DNA of 32,000 nt from Candidatus Saccharimonadota bacterium (GCA_965231145.1 OZ246420.1:870001-902000); one strand, 5' to 3'; shown: positions 10,260-21,314, counted from the stretch's first letter. Program-made: numbers and translations. Notes: generated by a model not told the origin, from the letters alone.

Positions 10260-12479
10260 CTATTCAAGGGTCTTCTTCACTATCTTTAGAGAACTCAAAC
10301 GTTTTTTCAATTCATTTATCAGGAAATATATTTTCGCAGGATTATTTACATCAACAGTAAGATAGACATATTGCTGGTTTTCACCATGAAGTTCAGAATG
10401 TATTCCCGTAATATTGAGACGAAGTTCTGAAAACGTTTCGAAAAGTTGCAACAAGATGCCAGGCTGATCATCACAGAGTATTTTCAGTGAAAACTTATAA
10501 ACCGGAGCCTGTTGTCCTGCCCAGTGAGCTTCTAATAATTTATTGTAGGAAACACTTTGCAGCGCCATACAACTCATACGATGTATCTTTATTCCGTCTT
10601 TTCCTGAACGCGCAATAATTTTTTCTCCTACCGTAGGGCGACACTCCGGACATAAAAAATATCATATACTCATATCTCCATCGACCACCACTGTTTCAGC
10701 AAGCGGTGAATAAACCGGCGCTTGAGACTTTTTCTTTGTATGTTGCAATAGCGGCGAACTCTCTGGCAACTGATCTTTGTAGAGCCTTTTAATGAAAGTG
10801 TAGTACCCAAATTGTTTATCGAGAAGTTGCAACAACACCTGATCTAGGCGCTCATTTTTGTATTGTTTTGCAATACGGTCATCCTTTGAAAATAACGCAG
10901 GAAGATGATACTCCCTCAATTTTTCATCAAGTAGTTTTGTTGATTTTTCGATAAGATGCTTTCTTTCCTTTGTCTTGAGAAATTTCGTTAGTTTTGCTTT
11001 TGCGCTTGGAGTATGAAGATACTCAAACCGATTACTCGATGCGCTATATTTGTTTTTGAAAGGATTTATGACAACGATATCTCATGTATTAAGTATCGCT
11101 GAAATAGGCACGATACTTCCATTGACACTTGCATTGTTAAACCTTAGTCCAAGGTCAGAATGTATGCGAAATGCAAAGTCGAGCACCGAGCTTCACTCCG
11201 GAAGTTCGATAACATCACCCTTTTGGGTATAGACAAAAATATTGCGGTCGAACAGTTCTATATTCATATCATTTTTAAATTTTTCCTTATCGAGCTCGGT
11301 TGTATATGCTGTCACGATATCCTGAAGTTTTCTAATCCATTGTGCCTGACGCTCGCTAATAGTGGTAGAACCATGATTTTCTGCATATCCAAAATGAGCA
11401 GCCACGCCGTACTCCGCGATCTCATCCATCTCCTCCGTACGTATTTGTATCTCTACGGGAAAGTCAAACATACCAAGGATGGTTGTATGGATACTTTTGT
11501 AGTCGTTTGATTTTGGTATCGCGATATAGTCTTTAATCTTTTTTATCAATGGAATGTAGTGCGCATGAATCACTCAAAGGATATTGTAGCAGTTACCGAT
11601 ACTATCGGTCACTATACGAAATGCGATCAGGTCTGTCACTTTTGAAATATCAGCGGTGGAATTATACTTATGCTGCATTTTTTCAAATATTCTGTAGGGA
11701 CTTTTAATTCTTCCTATAATACGCACGGTAGGTATATGCTCTTCCGTAAGCAATCCCTGGATCATATCTACGCCCTTTTGCGTGATAGTATCATGAGCTC
11801 CTACCATCTTTTGAAGGTATGAGAAAATCCTCTCAAACTCTTTCGGGTAAAGTATCTTAAATGCTCCGTTTTCGAGGAACTGCTGATAGTAGAAGAGTCC
11901 TAGTCTTTTGGCGATAGGCACATAGATTTTTAGTGTCTCATTTGCGATACGTCTCCTCTTCTCTTCGTTTGGATGAAAATGCAGGGTCTGTACATTGTGT
12001 ATACGATCAACAAGCTTCACAAAAATAACGCGAAGGTCTTTTCCCATAGCAAGAAATGTTTTCTTCAGTGTCTCTAACTGGCGCTCCTCTCCTACATAAC
12101 GAACTTTTGACACTTTAACGAGTCCCTCACAAAGAACAGCCACCTCTTCACTGAAATGCTTTTTCACATCTTCATAGGTAATATCCGTATCTTCTATGAC
12201 ATCGTGCAAGATACATGTTTGGATAGTCGGGAGATCCGGCTTCATGGACATAAGGAAAATGGTTGCACGAAGAGGATGTACAATATATGGTTCGCCAGAA
12301 AGACGCTTTGTCTGCTCATGAGCATTTTTCGTAAACTCATATGTTTTCTGGATCACATCACGCGCTTGTACGGGCAAATATTGCGAAGCAAGATCTTTAA
12401 TCTCTTCTACCAAAAACTGAGGATCCTCAGAAAAAATCGGCTCATAGTCAAAATAACGCTCTAGTTCCTGTACATGCAT
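10260..12479 (-). CDS. rel: bifunctional (p)ppGpp synthetase/hydrolase, RelA/SpoT family (739 aa)
   Basis: Four same-frame ORFs (10260-10577, 10662-10919, 11193-11573, 11574-12479) are joined by TGA. Domains: HD (HPLRATIF...ILHDVIEDT), synthetase (YRIFEKM, LIAFRIV, CYNIL-G-VIH, KDYIAIPKSNDYKSIHTT), TGS (GDVIELPE-G-SVLDFAFRIHSDLG) and an ACT-like C-terminus. ATG at 12479, TAG at 10260-10262. Confidence 0.93.
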
Positions 12480-12485
12480 ACTGAA

Positions 12486-12514
12486 ACTATAGTCAATCGT
12501 TTTTCTTCTTGCAA
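12486..12514 (-). promoter_or_regulatory. sigma70-like promoter placed for a leaderless or near-leaderless rel transcript
   Basis: Minus strand: TTGCAA (12514-12509), 17-nt spacer, TATAGT (12491-12486), then 6 nt, then ATG at 12479. Confidence 0.35.
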
Positions 12515-12547
12515 GAGGAATTTACAAAATAATGCAGAATTCAAAAA

Positions 12548-12573
12548 GCAGAGAGCAGAATTAAATAACGAAC
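12548..12573 (+). repeat. 26-nt conserved intergenic motif, copy 1 (gcagagagcagaattaaataacgaac)
   Basis: Matches 20737-20762 at 24 of 26 positions in the same orientation. Lies in the 300-nt spacer upstream of rel. Confidence 0.75.
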
Positions 12574-12783
12574 TCTTATTAACTCCCGCCGAGTTCATTT
12601 TCGTCTCGGAAATCAATATACAAATAGCTATTAGCCAGATAAGCATCGACCCAAGGATCCACGACGGAGTGGGAAAGAGTAAGCGCTTCGTAGTTAATGC
12701 ATAGCTAACAATAAGCGTACAGTACTGAACGAGGCTAGACCTTTTTAAAATAGCCCCGGAATGGAAAAGAAAAAATACAATAT

Positions 12784-13329
12784 TTACAACTTACCTACCA
12801 CAAGGTCAAATACTGCCAATACTGATTCTATATGTGCCATGACAAATATGACAGCAACTATCCCTAAGAGGGTTCCAAATACGATATCAATAAAAAAATG
12901 CTTTTTCAGCACAATACGTGAACGCGCAATAAGCACATAGAAAGCTATGGATAAGAGTGCGATTTCTAATGCCCCTGCTGTACTTCGCTTCGTATGTTGC
13001 AAATATAAAATCTCTGCAAGAAATAGCCCAGCGCACATAAAAATAGTAGCATATGCGGTATGAATACTTGGAAATGAGCTTGCATCTATTTTTCTTCGCC
13101 AGTTTTTATAAGGCTTAGGCTCTGGCCTTTCTTTATAATAGATAAATTTTATCAGAGCGCCACATAAGAAACAGACACAAAGTGTAGCCACCAATACCCG
13201 AACAAATATTCATGCTGACTCAAGAGTTCCTCATGGCAGACACCATGCTATGATTCATAAAAGAGCAATTGGAAATATCACTCATGGCAACTGACAAAAA
13301 CGTGTTATGATTTTTCGAAATCTCAACAT
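12784..13329 (-). CDS. PAP2-family lipid phosphate phosphatase
   Basis: ORF 12784-13194 extends upstream through four TGA codons to ATG 13329. Motifs: KERPEP, SFPSIHT, SRIVLKKHFFIDIVFG. Multiple TM helices. TAA at 12784-12786. Confidence 0.8.
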
Positions 13330-13347
13330 ATTTCATTATATGATATA

Positions 13348-15111
13348 TTAAAATCCGCTTTGCAGCTCCAACATCTTTGCATAGTGTCATCACATTTTTA
13401 TCAATTCCTGATGCGTTCCTCTTTCTATCACTTTTCATGCCTCTACGACAATGATATCATCAGCATGCTTAACTGTCTGTAATCTATGCGCAATAATGAT
13501 GACCGTTCTTCATTGGAATAAGTTATGCATAGCTTTTGTGATCGCTTCTTCGCTCAGAGAATCCAATGCTGATGTTGGTTCATCTAACAATACTATCTCA
13601 GGATTTTTCAAGAATATTTTTGCAATAGCCAGTCTTTGTCTTTGTCATCATGAGAGACGAATTCCTTTTTCTCCAATTTCAGTTTGTAAGCCATCTTTAA
13701 ATTCATAGATGAATTGACATTGAGCTTGTTCTATCGCGGCATGCAACTGCTCCTCTGTCGGCTCATAATCCAGAGCATAAACAAAATTTTCATATATAGT
13801 CCCATCGAACACACTTGGTTCCTGCGTAAGGTAGCCTACGTGTTTATAGTAAGATTTAAGAGAAACCGATTTTTTCAAATTTGTTTCCATAGGTAGAAGC
13901 TGATTATCCACCGATATATATCCGCTTGTCACATGCAGATATCCTGCAATAAGCTTCACTATCGTAGTCTTGCCTCCTCCTGAAACACCAACGAGCGCAG
14001 TCTTTTTGCCTCACTCAATATCTAGTGAAAAGTTTTTTAATATCTCTTCTTCATTATACTTAAAAGAGACGTTGTGCAGAGAGATGTTTCACTTATCAAA
14101 AGAAAACTTTTTACCAACACTATATCATTTCATAGTTGGAGTCGTATCAAACATTTCCCACACTCTTTCTACTCTCTGGAAATTTTTAGAGAAAGATCTA
14201 TAGAGATTGATCACATCACGAGTACCCGTTTCAAGACTATTTACCAATCACAGATACAACACAACTTCTGCATAGGTTATATCATTTTGATAGAAAAATT
14301 TGTATCCTAAGAAAAGGAAAAGCGAAATAGTAATAATAGCAATCATGATAGTAGGTGTATTAAATCCCCGATGCTCATAGAACATTTTTTTACTATCATA
14401 ATAGGATATCTGATCTACCAACGCAGAATATTTCTTGTTTTCTAAATCTATTTTATCATTGAGCAATACTTCAAATTTGGACATTAATATTTTTACTGCA
14501 TGCCTCGTTGACTCATCGCTCGTATCATCTCTTTTCCGTCTCCATATATGTCCATGTTTAGTCAATAGAATAGTAACGCACAGACAAATAAGAAGAAAGA
14601 TATACAATACAAAAGGTGCATACCAAGCAACTTTTGTCAAAAGATATGTCACAAATACCATCTGTACAATTGCAGAGCTACCAAGCCAGACAGTTTGTAT
14701 ATTTAAGTCTACATTTTGCTCTACACCTTTATCTATAAGGGAAAGCATCTTACCCGTACCTGTTATTTCCACCTTATTATTATCTAGAGTTACAAACTGT
14801 CAGAAATATTTCTGAGATAGATAATCATGAGCTTTCCATGCATATTTCAGCAAACTATTGCGCATAGATCAATTATATATCTGATAGACTATGATAAATA
14901 TCACAAATCATGCTATCAATTGAAAAAAAGATTCTTTCTCTCCATATTGGAGATAGGAGACCGCCTTTGCCAGCACTAGGGTTGTAACGACACCATAAAA
15001 AGGCCACACGAATACCTGCAATCCAGCGGTTATAAATGCTTTTTTATGCACAACTGCTGGTTCAAAAAATCTCTTCAGATTGTTTCGAAAATTTCTTTTC
15101 TGTTCTCTCAT
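13348..15111 (-). CDS. ABC exporter, fused permease/ATPase (MsbA-like type I exporter, 587 aa)
   Basis: Same-frame ORFs 14908-15111, 14248-14772 and 13648-13959 are joined by TGA. TM domain, then Walker [11 protein letters not shown]-loop YLTQEP, signature LS-G-G-QRQR (both Gly are TGA at 13645-13650), Walker [14 protein letters not shown]-loop IIIAHRL. TAA at 13348-13350. Confidence 0.92.
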
Positions 15112-15153
15112 CCAAGAGTTCTATAACTAAAAAATATTTTTATCTCTTATTTT

Positions 15154-15570
15154 TTATTTCTGGTCTGAGAGATGAATAACATACTCATACTCCTCTTTTC
15201 TTATCGAAGCCACGGATAAACGCTGTTGTTTGAGCAATGATATGTGTTGTAAGTTTTTATCAGCCTTTATCTGTTCTAGTGAAACTGAATGTTTCAGTGC
15301 TTTGAACGGCTCTACTTCTACCACTACCCGATCTCATTTTTCTCATGCAGCGGTAGGATCGGGATAGGCTTCTTTGCTTACCTTTGCGATACCGACAATT
15401 TCTTTTCACTCATTACTATGATATCGAAAACAAAGGTCTCATTTTTTCATGGCATTAAGATTATTACGTGCCTGAAAATTTCTGACTCCATCCCACATCG
15501 TCTTACCATCGCGAACAAAATCATCTCGTGAATACTTATATGGCTCACTCTTAATCAATCGATAGTTCAT
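15154..15570 (-). CDS. EVE (PUA-like) domain protein
   Basis: Not in the track because of four in-frame TGA codons. Translation: MNYRLIKSEPYKYSRDDFVRDGKTMWDGVRNFQARNNLNAMKK-G-DLCFRYHSNE-G-KEIVGIAKVSKEAYPDP, the classic EVE-domain N-terminus. ATG at 15570, TAA at 15154-15156. Track ORF 15289-15531(+) is its antisense shadow. Confidence 0.85.
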
Positions 15571-15576
15571 TATATT

Positions 15577-15606
15577 ATTCTAAATTTTAAATGTTGAATT
15601 CTAAAT
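15577..15606. repeat. 30-nt intergenic repeat, copy 2 (inverted orientation)
   Basis: attctaaattttaaatgttgaattctaaat, one mismatch to the reverse complement of 10228-10257. Lies between the surface-protein stop and the EVE gene start. Confidence 0.8.
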
Positions 15607-15649
15607 GATTGTTAATCTCTAGTCATTAGTCTTCAGTCAATAATTTTTC

Positions 15650-15691
15650 CTTCGTTCATTCATCATTCGTCATTCCTAATTGGTAATTTAT
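15650..15691. repeat. tandem heptanucleotide tract (cttcgtt cattcat cattcgt cattcct aattggt aatttat)
   Basis: Period-7 units with the pattern MATTYNN, overlapping the stop codon (15688-15690) of the surface-protein gene. Confidence 0.65.
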
Positions 15692-18516
15692 TTGACAATA
15701 TGAGTTGGTGAGGTATTGATACGTATATTACCAGCACCGTTGAGCAAGACTGCTCTGACTTTGTCTCCCGCTTTGAGATCTGCACTATCTTGGACATACG
15801 GACATGGGCATGATTTGCATATAGGCTGGATCGATGCTTCGGAAAGTTCTGGTTGCATACCAATCGCATCAGGACAGCCATCATTATCAGAAATACCATT
15901 GTAGTTTTCTGGAGTATCCGGACACGCATCTTTGAGGTCAGAGATACCATCAGCGTCTCTATCTGAGTCTAGACGGATAAGGTTCTCACATCCATCTCCG
16001 ATGAAGTTTCCGTTTTTATCGGTCTGATCTGGACGAGGACTTACCGGACATTTATCGAGTCCCGCTCACTGGCTGATCAGATAAATGCTTTCTGCAAGGA
16101 TGCTATTATTCAAGTCAGTGGTAGCATAGCTACAGCTTACAGGCTGTGTGACGATAAGTCACAAAAGATTTTTTGTACCATCACCATTGATGTCGTCATC
16201 ACATATATCAGGAATAGCGTCTTTATCCATGTCACATGCGCCTCATAAGGTCGACTTTTGGAGGCAGATAGGCGCACCGGTTACGGTAATATGAGCCTCA
16301 GGATAAAATCGTAATCCATCGGTTTTCTGTACACGCGCAGTCACGCGATAAATACCAGGATTGAGATAAGTATAATTGAAGCCGTTTTGAAGAGCGCCAG
16401 TAAAGACGCGAACTTGTCCGTCTCCCATGTCGATGATACTGCGAGAGATGGTTGTTGGATCGATACCATTGAGAATAAAGCGATAGTTTGTCGATTGGTT
16501 GGTAGACATCACCAGTCTTTCCGGAAGAATATCTACTCCTTGGTCGGTGATCTTGTCAGCAGATGCAACATCCACGTTTATGATGTTTTCCAACTGAGTA
16601 CCATCGAGAAGATAGATAGTTTGTTTCACAATCTTAGGTCCTGCAGTAGTGTAGGTATAAGGCTGAGAAAGCGATGCATTGGTACGGACAGTCTCGTCGC
16701 CAAACTCCCGACGGATAGAAGCGATATCTTTATTTGCTATGCCCGCTGTTATTGTAGAAAATGTAAGCTGCGTACCAACGGTTGGTGTAAGCGTCGATGC
16801 TTTGAGATATGATCCCACTGCCCCGTCAAACGAGACAGACGCTTGTGAATACGCCACAATTTGTGTATTGTTATATGCCTTCGCTATGACAAGATATGTA
16901 CCTCCCGCATTATAGATAAACGACATACGTTGTCCGTCGGTTCCTCTCCTTCATGTACCATTTGTTTGTCGATCAATATGTCCAACAGTACGTGATGTCT
17001 CAGGCGCAAAGGCAATGGTAGCAGGAGACTGTGCCGCAAGGGAGCTAGGTATAATTTGAAATCCAAATGTTGGCTTTGCAGAAACTGCTATGCTTATGGT
17101 AGTAGTTGCGAGATAGGTGCGACTACCTCATTTCGCAGTGAGTACAACACTATAAATTCACTCTCCGGGAAATGTATGTGATATTGTTCTTCCTACGCCA
17201 TATGTTCCATCTCCGAAATCCCATGCGAAATCTGTGAGCGCACCGCTATAATTTGCAGCGAGCGCATAAGTATTGCTTCCTCACTTTCTCGTGACGATGC
17301 TCAGACCAAAACGAGTGCTGTCTGAACACGCATCACCTACTCATGTCTTATTTACATCTGCCTGATCGGCGTTTGCGACGAATAAACAATTATCAAGCCT
17401 ATCGGTAAAAGCATCTAACGAATGCGTATTGATATTTCACTTATCATCGACGATACCCACAGGATTTTTTACGGCATCTCCATCTATATCCTCATCACAC
17501 ACATCTCCGATACCATCTTGGTCCATGTCCTTTTGTGAAGGATTATAGATCAAATAGCAGTTATCACTATAGTCTTTTAGTCAGTCGAAATCCTTATCAT
17601 TGCTAAATTCACATGATACCTTCTCTTTCACCTGACTTAACGATCTTAGCACAGTCTTTCCATCAACGTAATCATTGACATTGATATCATTCGCTTCGCT
17701 CTCCGTTAATACACCTTCGAGCACAAGAACATTGAGCTCAGCGACGGGCCAGAAATTTTCTTCTGCACTGTCCCGTTCCTGCATACCACATGCATTGAGA
17801 TTAAATGTACAGTATTTCATATATGCCGCAAATTCCTCTGTTCAGCGGAGCGAACAACTTCCTGTTGTACACGCAACGGCTTTACGACGTATAAGTGCTT
17901 GCTCAGGAAGCGTCAGATATCTTTGGACTATCTGCTTGTTTTCTGCACTATCAACCCACTGCTGTACTTGCTTCCAGTCCACCTGATAGTGCGCACTGAT
18001 ACGATCAGCGAGCATATTTATGACTACCTGAAGAAAATCAGCAACAGTAGTATTGTTTGTTCAACAAAATTTTCCACTACACAAAGGACTGGTCTGTCTT
18101 GGATATCATGCCATGTATCACTGCGCTGCAACATATGCGGCACAGTAGTAATTATTAGTTTTACTGAGCGAGCTGCTATATGAAACATCATCGAAATTAA
18201 CTCATGGAGAAACACGAAAGCTATTCCATCGAGATGATGTAAGAGCATCTATCAGCTCATCTCATGGTCTATGGCAATCATGACAATCGACATAATTGAG
18301 CAGCTCAGCAAGATCATTTCTAGAAACAACCGACGCGTTTTCGATAGCTTGGGCATCGACATAAATAGCACTGAGTGAATCAATAAATTCCTCATAGCTC
18401 GCCGAAACTACTCCCGACAATGCGAGCAGACTCATACCTGCGAGAACAACTCTTTTCAAAAACATACTATTGCCTAATAATAAAGCAGCTAGCACATAGC
18501 AGACGGCATATAGCAT
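15688..18516 (-). CDS. large secreted surface protein with PKD-like domains, thrombospondin type-3 (calcium-binding) repeats and possible SLH-like N-terminal motifs
   Basis: ORFs 18262-18516, 17581-17820 and 16243-16926 plus the intervening sequence form one frame with about 15 TGA codons (translated end to end without TAA/TAG). Signal-like MFLKRVVLAGMSLLALSGVVSA (alternative ATG at 18465). TSP3-type runs: DQDGIGDVCDEDIDGD, DSDRDADGISDLKDACPDTPENYNGISDNDGCPD. PKD-like: FAWDFGDGTYGVGRTISHTFPGE-G-IYSVVLTAK. TAA at 15688-15690. Confidence 0.8.
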
Positions 18517-18564
18517 GCTACTTGCCAGTTACCAACCGCTCGTTGCTCTGTGAGAAAAACATTA

Positions 18565-19377
18565 TTATCTGATTTGAAAGAAAGCACTTGTAGCACAATT
18601 TTCCTGACATTCAAATCCATTGAGCTTATAGGTATTGCCATACTTCATAACATATGCAAACCATGTTTCATCGTACACTTTTTGTGTTGCACCTACAAGG
18701 TAGTGAGTCTTATATTGTACCACCATGGCATTTGGATTTCTTTGTGCAAGTGGATGATCAATCACCGCATTTACTTCACTGATCTGTAAATCTCCAATAA
18801 TATTTTTCTTCCAGTTCTGGAGTCTATTAACATTGAAATACGTTCTCAATCCCGGTACATTTGTAAAATTTGCATCGTACATTGCTGGGATCTGATCAAA
18901 CTGCTCTTGATTGAAATACATGTAGAAATTTTCGACCATCCTTTGTGCATCTACAGGAAATGTACCAGTAGAGATATTCATACCTGTCGCAACTGTTGCT
19001 CCTGTTGTAGATGTTGTACCGGTATTCATATCTCCTGATGTCGTAAGAGCATCTCATGTCATCTGACTATTTGTAGGCTCTTCTTTGTTCACTTGAATAT
19101 AGATACCTGTCACCACAAGAAGCGCTCCAAGGGCAAGAACAATGAGAGATAAGAAATTATTTTTCTTAAATGATGGATATTGCGTTGTGAGATCGTCCTC
19201 CCAAAGACCTGCCATATCATCTATAGCATTTCTTGTTTTGGCTTTCTTAAATGCCTTAGCGGGGCGCGTTGACTTGGTTTTAACAGAAGTGGTCTTTTTT
19301 ACCGGAGCAGAACGACGAGCAGATTTACTTGCCGAATTAGCGGAAGTTTTTTTTGCAGGTGTTTTTTTTGCGGGCAT
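18565..19377 (-). CDS. single-pass membrane protein: Lys-rich cytoplasmic tail, TM helix, T/G-rich linker, extracytoplasmic globular domain (possibly NTF2-like)
   Basis: ORFs 19054-19377 and 18565-19029 are joined by TGA at 19054-19056. N-terminus MPAKKTPAKKTSANSASKSARRSAPVKKTTSVKTKSTRPAKAFKKAKTR. TM helix FLSLIVLALGALLVVTGIYI. TAA at 18565-18567. Lies 48 nt upstream of the surface-protein gene on the same strand. Confidence 0.7.
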
Positions 19378-19500
19378 CGAAAAAACATAAAGAATAAATA
19401 AGAAACATCGCTAGCAGTTTTATAGTAAATTGATACAATAATGCAAACAAATCGTACTGAGAATACTCTTTACTTTAGCGCAAAACACTAAAACGTGAAT

Positions 19501-20733
19501 ATGAAAATTGCTATCATAGGATGATGAGCGGCAGGCATGATGAGTGCTGCCATCATCGCAGAATACGGATCTCATGAAATTCACCTGTTTGAAAAAAATA
19601 GCAGACTATGAGCTAAGGTTCTTATTTCAGGATGATGAAGATGTAACGTGACTACTGGTTATATCAAAAAACAAGAACTCCAGAAAAAATATATTCGTGG
19701 GCGAGATTTTCTGCAGCATTCGATTTGACAGTTCTGACCTCGCAAAATGCGGCAGTGGGTAGAAGCTCACGGAGTGCCATTGAAATGTGAAGATGATATG
19801 CGTGTGTTTCCGCAAAGTGACAACGGGGGCGATGTGGTTGGTATTTTTGAGAAAATATTTCGTGAAAAGAAAGTACGTATTCATTTTAAAGAATGAGTTA
19901 ACTCACTGGAGAAAAAAGAAAACATGTTTATCGTCACAACAAAAGAATGAGTATATACTTTTGATAAAGTAGTAGTTACAACAGGATGAAATGCATATGC
20001 TCATACCTGATCAACAGGTGATGGATATGAACTAGTGAAACCCCTAGGACATACCACTACCCCACTCTGACCCTCACTCAATAGTTTTCTCGTGCAAGAA
20101 GAACGGATAAAAACGCTTTCTTGAATAAGTTTCTCAAACGCCCAGATTTCTTATCCTAAAGCAAAGGTTGTAGGGCCTGTCTTATTAACACACTTTTGAA
20201 CATCTGGACCCGCAGTCTTTGCATTTTCTGCACATAGTAGCTTTGAACAGATTGAAAAAATACACCCTCTGCATGTATTGCTCGTTCCCCAGGCAGAGAG
20301 GAATACAGAATGGCGAACACGCCGGCTCAATGAGTTCTCTCAAAACTCTCCAAAGAAACAAATCAATACGATACTTTCTTTTGAGTTTCCAGATCGTTTT
20401 GCTGAAGCACTGCTCCAGGCAATACACATTCCTCTAGAAAAGAAAATTGCTGATCTATCTCGCGAAGAAAAATTACTCATAAGCAAAACGCTTGGCGAAG
20501 GAATTCCTCTTTCTCTCATCGCACGCAGACCGGGCGATGAGTTTGTCACTGCATGATGAATCAATACTGATGAAGTAAATAGTAAAACCATGGAAAGCCT
20601 CATCTGTCCTTGACTCTACTTTGCAGGAGAAGTATTGAATGTCGATGGTGTCACATGATGATATAATCTACAAGCAAGCTGGTCAACAGGCTATGCAGCT
20701 GGAGTTGCTATCACGAATCAACTAAAAGAGTAA
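19501..20733 (+). CDS. HI0933/BaiN-type FAD-dependent flavoprotein (410 aa)
   Basis: Almost invisible in the track because it has 19 in-frame TGA codons. Translation: MKIAIIG-G-G-AAGMMSA, LISG-G-G-RCNVTTG, VVVTTG-G-NAYAHT-G-STGDGYEL, FVTA-G-G-INTDEV, FAGEVLNVDGVT-G-G-YNLQASWSTG. ATG at 19501, TAA at 20731-20733. Confidence 0.9.
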
Positions 20734-20736
20734 AGA

Positions 20737-20762
20737 GCAGAGAGCAGAATTATATAAGGAAC
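20737..20762 (+). repeat. 26-nt conserved intergenic motif, copy 2 (gcagagagcagaattatataaggaac)
   Basis: Begins 4 nt after the flavoprotein stop, upstream of the SET gene. A partial third copy (aagagcagagatt, reverse strand) lies near 23661-23673. Confidence 0.75.
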
Positions 20763-20828
20763 GACTTTCATTATGATTACTTTTTTGTATATTCACACTC
20801 TTATTTCATAAAATATTTTGTAACCGCA

Positions 20829-21305
20829 ATGTCGCAACATCAGCTTTTGAGAAAAGACGCATATAGCGTACGTAAATCTGCAGCAGGACTATGACTCTAT
20901 GCAGAACAGCCTATCAAGAAATGACAAAAAATTATTGAGTATATCGGAGAAAGAATCAGCAATGCAGAAGCTGACAGACGTGGTGGAAAGTACCTTTTCA
21001 ACGTAAACAATCGTACCACCATCGATGGTACAGCAAGATACAATACAGCGCGCTATATCAATCATAGCTGCGGACCAAATGCTGAGCCAAGAGACAACAG
21101 AGGTCGTATCTTTGCCTATGCAATAAAGAATATCGAAGCAGGAGAAGAAATTACATACAATTATGGGAAGGAGTACTGGAATCACTATATCAAACCATAT
21201 GGCTGCAGATGTGAAAAATGTAAATGAGAAAATAAGAAATGAAAAATAAAAGATAAAAAAGCTTCTCCAAAGAAAACGACGAAAAAAGTTTCAAAGAAAA
21301 AATAA
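20829..21305 (+). CDS. SET-domain protein (putative lysine methyltransferase) with Lys-rich C-terminal tail
   Basis: Translation: MSQHQLLRKDAYSVRKSAAGL-G-LYAEQPIKK-G-QKIIEYIGERIS...GKYLFNV...ARYINHSCGPNAE...GEEITYNYGKEYW...YGCRCEKCK, then ENKK-G-KIKDKKASPKKTTKKVSKKK. ATG at 20829, TAA at 21303-21305. Track ORF 20889-21185(-) is an antisense shadow. Confidence 0.85.
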
Positions 21306-21314
21306 GCGCAAAAG

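Noticed and set aside
12474-12704. 76-aa plus ORF in the spacer upstream of rel
   Set aside because: It overlaps the rel start on the other strand, has no motif, and the region is better explained as promoter or regulatory spacer containing the 26-nt repeat.
12743-12770. CTAG-containing motifs (ggctagaccttttt...tagccccgg) recurring at 31261-31286 and 31839-31852
   Set aside because: Only a 12-nt core (ctagaccttttt) is shared between two loci. The rest is loose similarity and is insufficient to call an element.
20889-21185. 98-aa minus ORF, and likewise 21751-22044(+) and 15289-15531(+)
   Set aside because: Each lies exactly opposite a well-supported table-25 gene (SET, HxlR and EVE respectively) and has no recognisable features.
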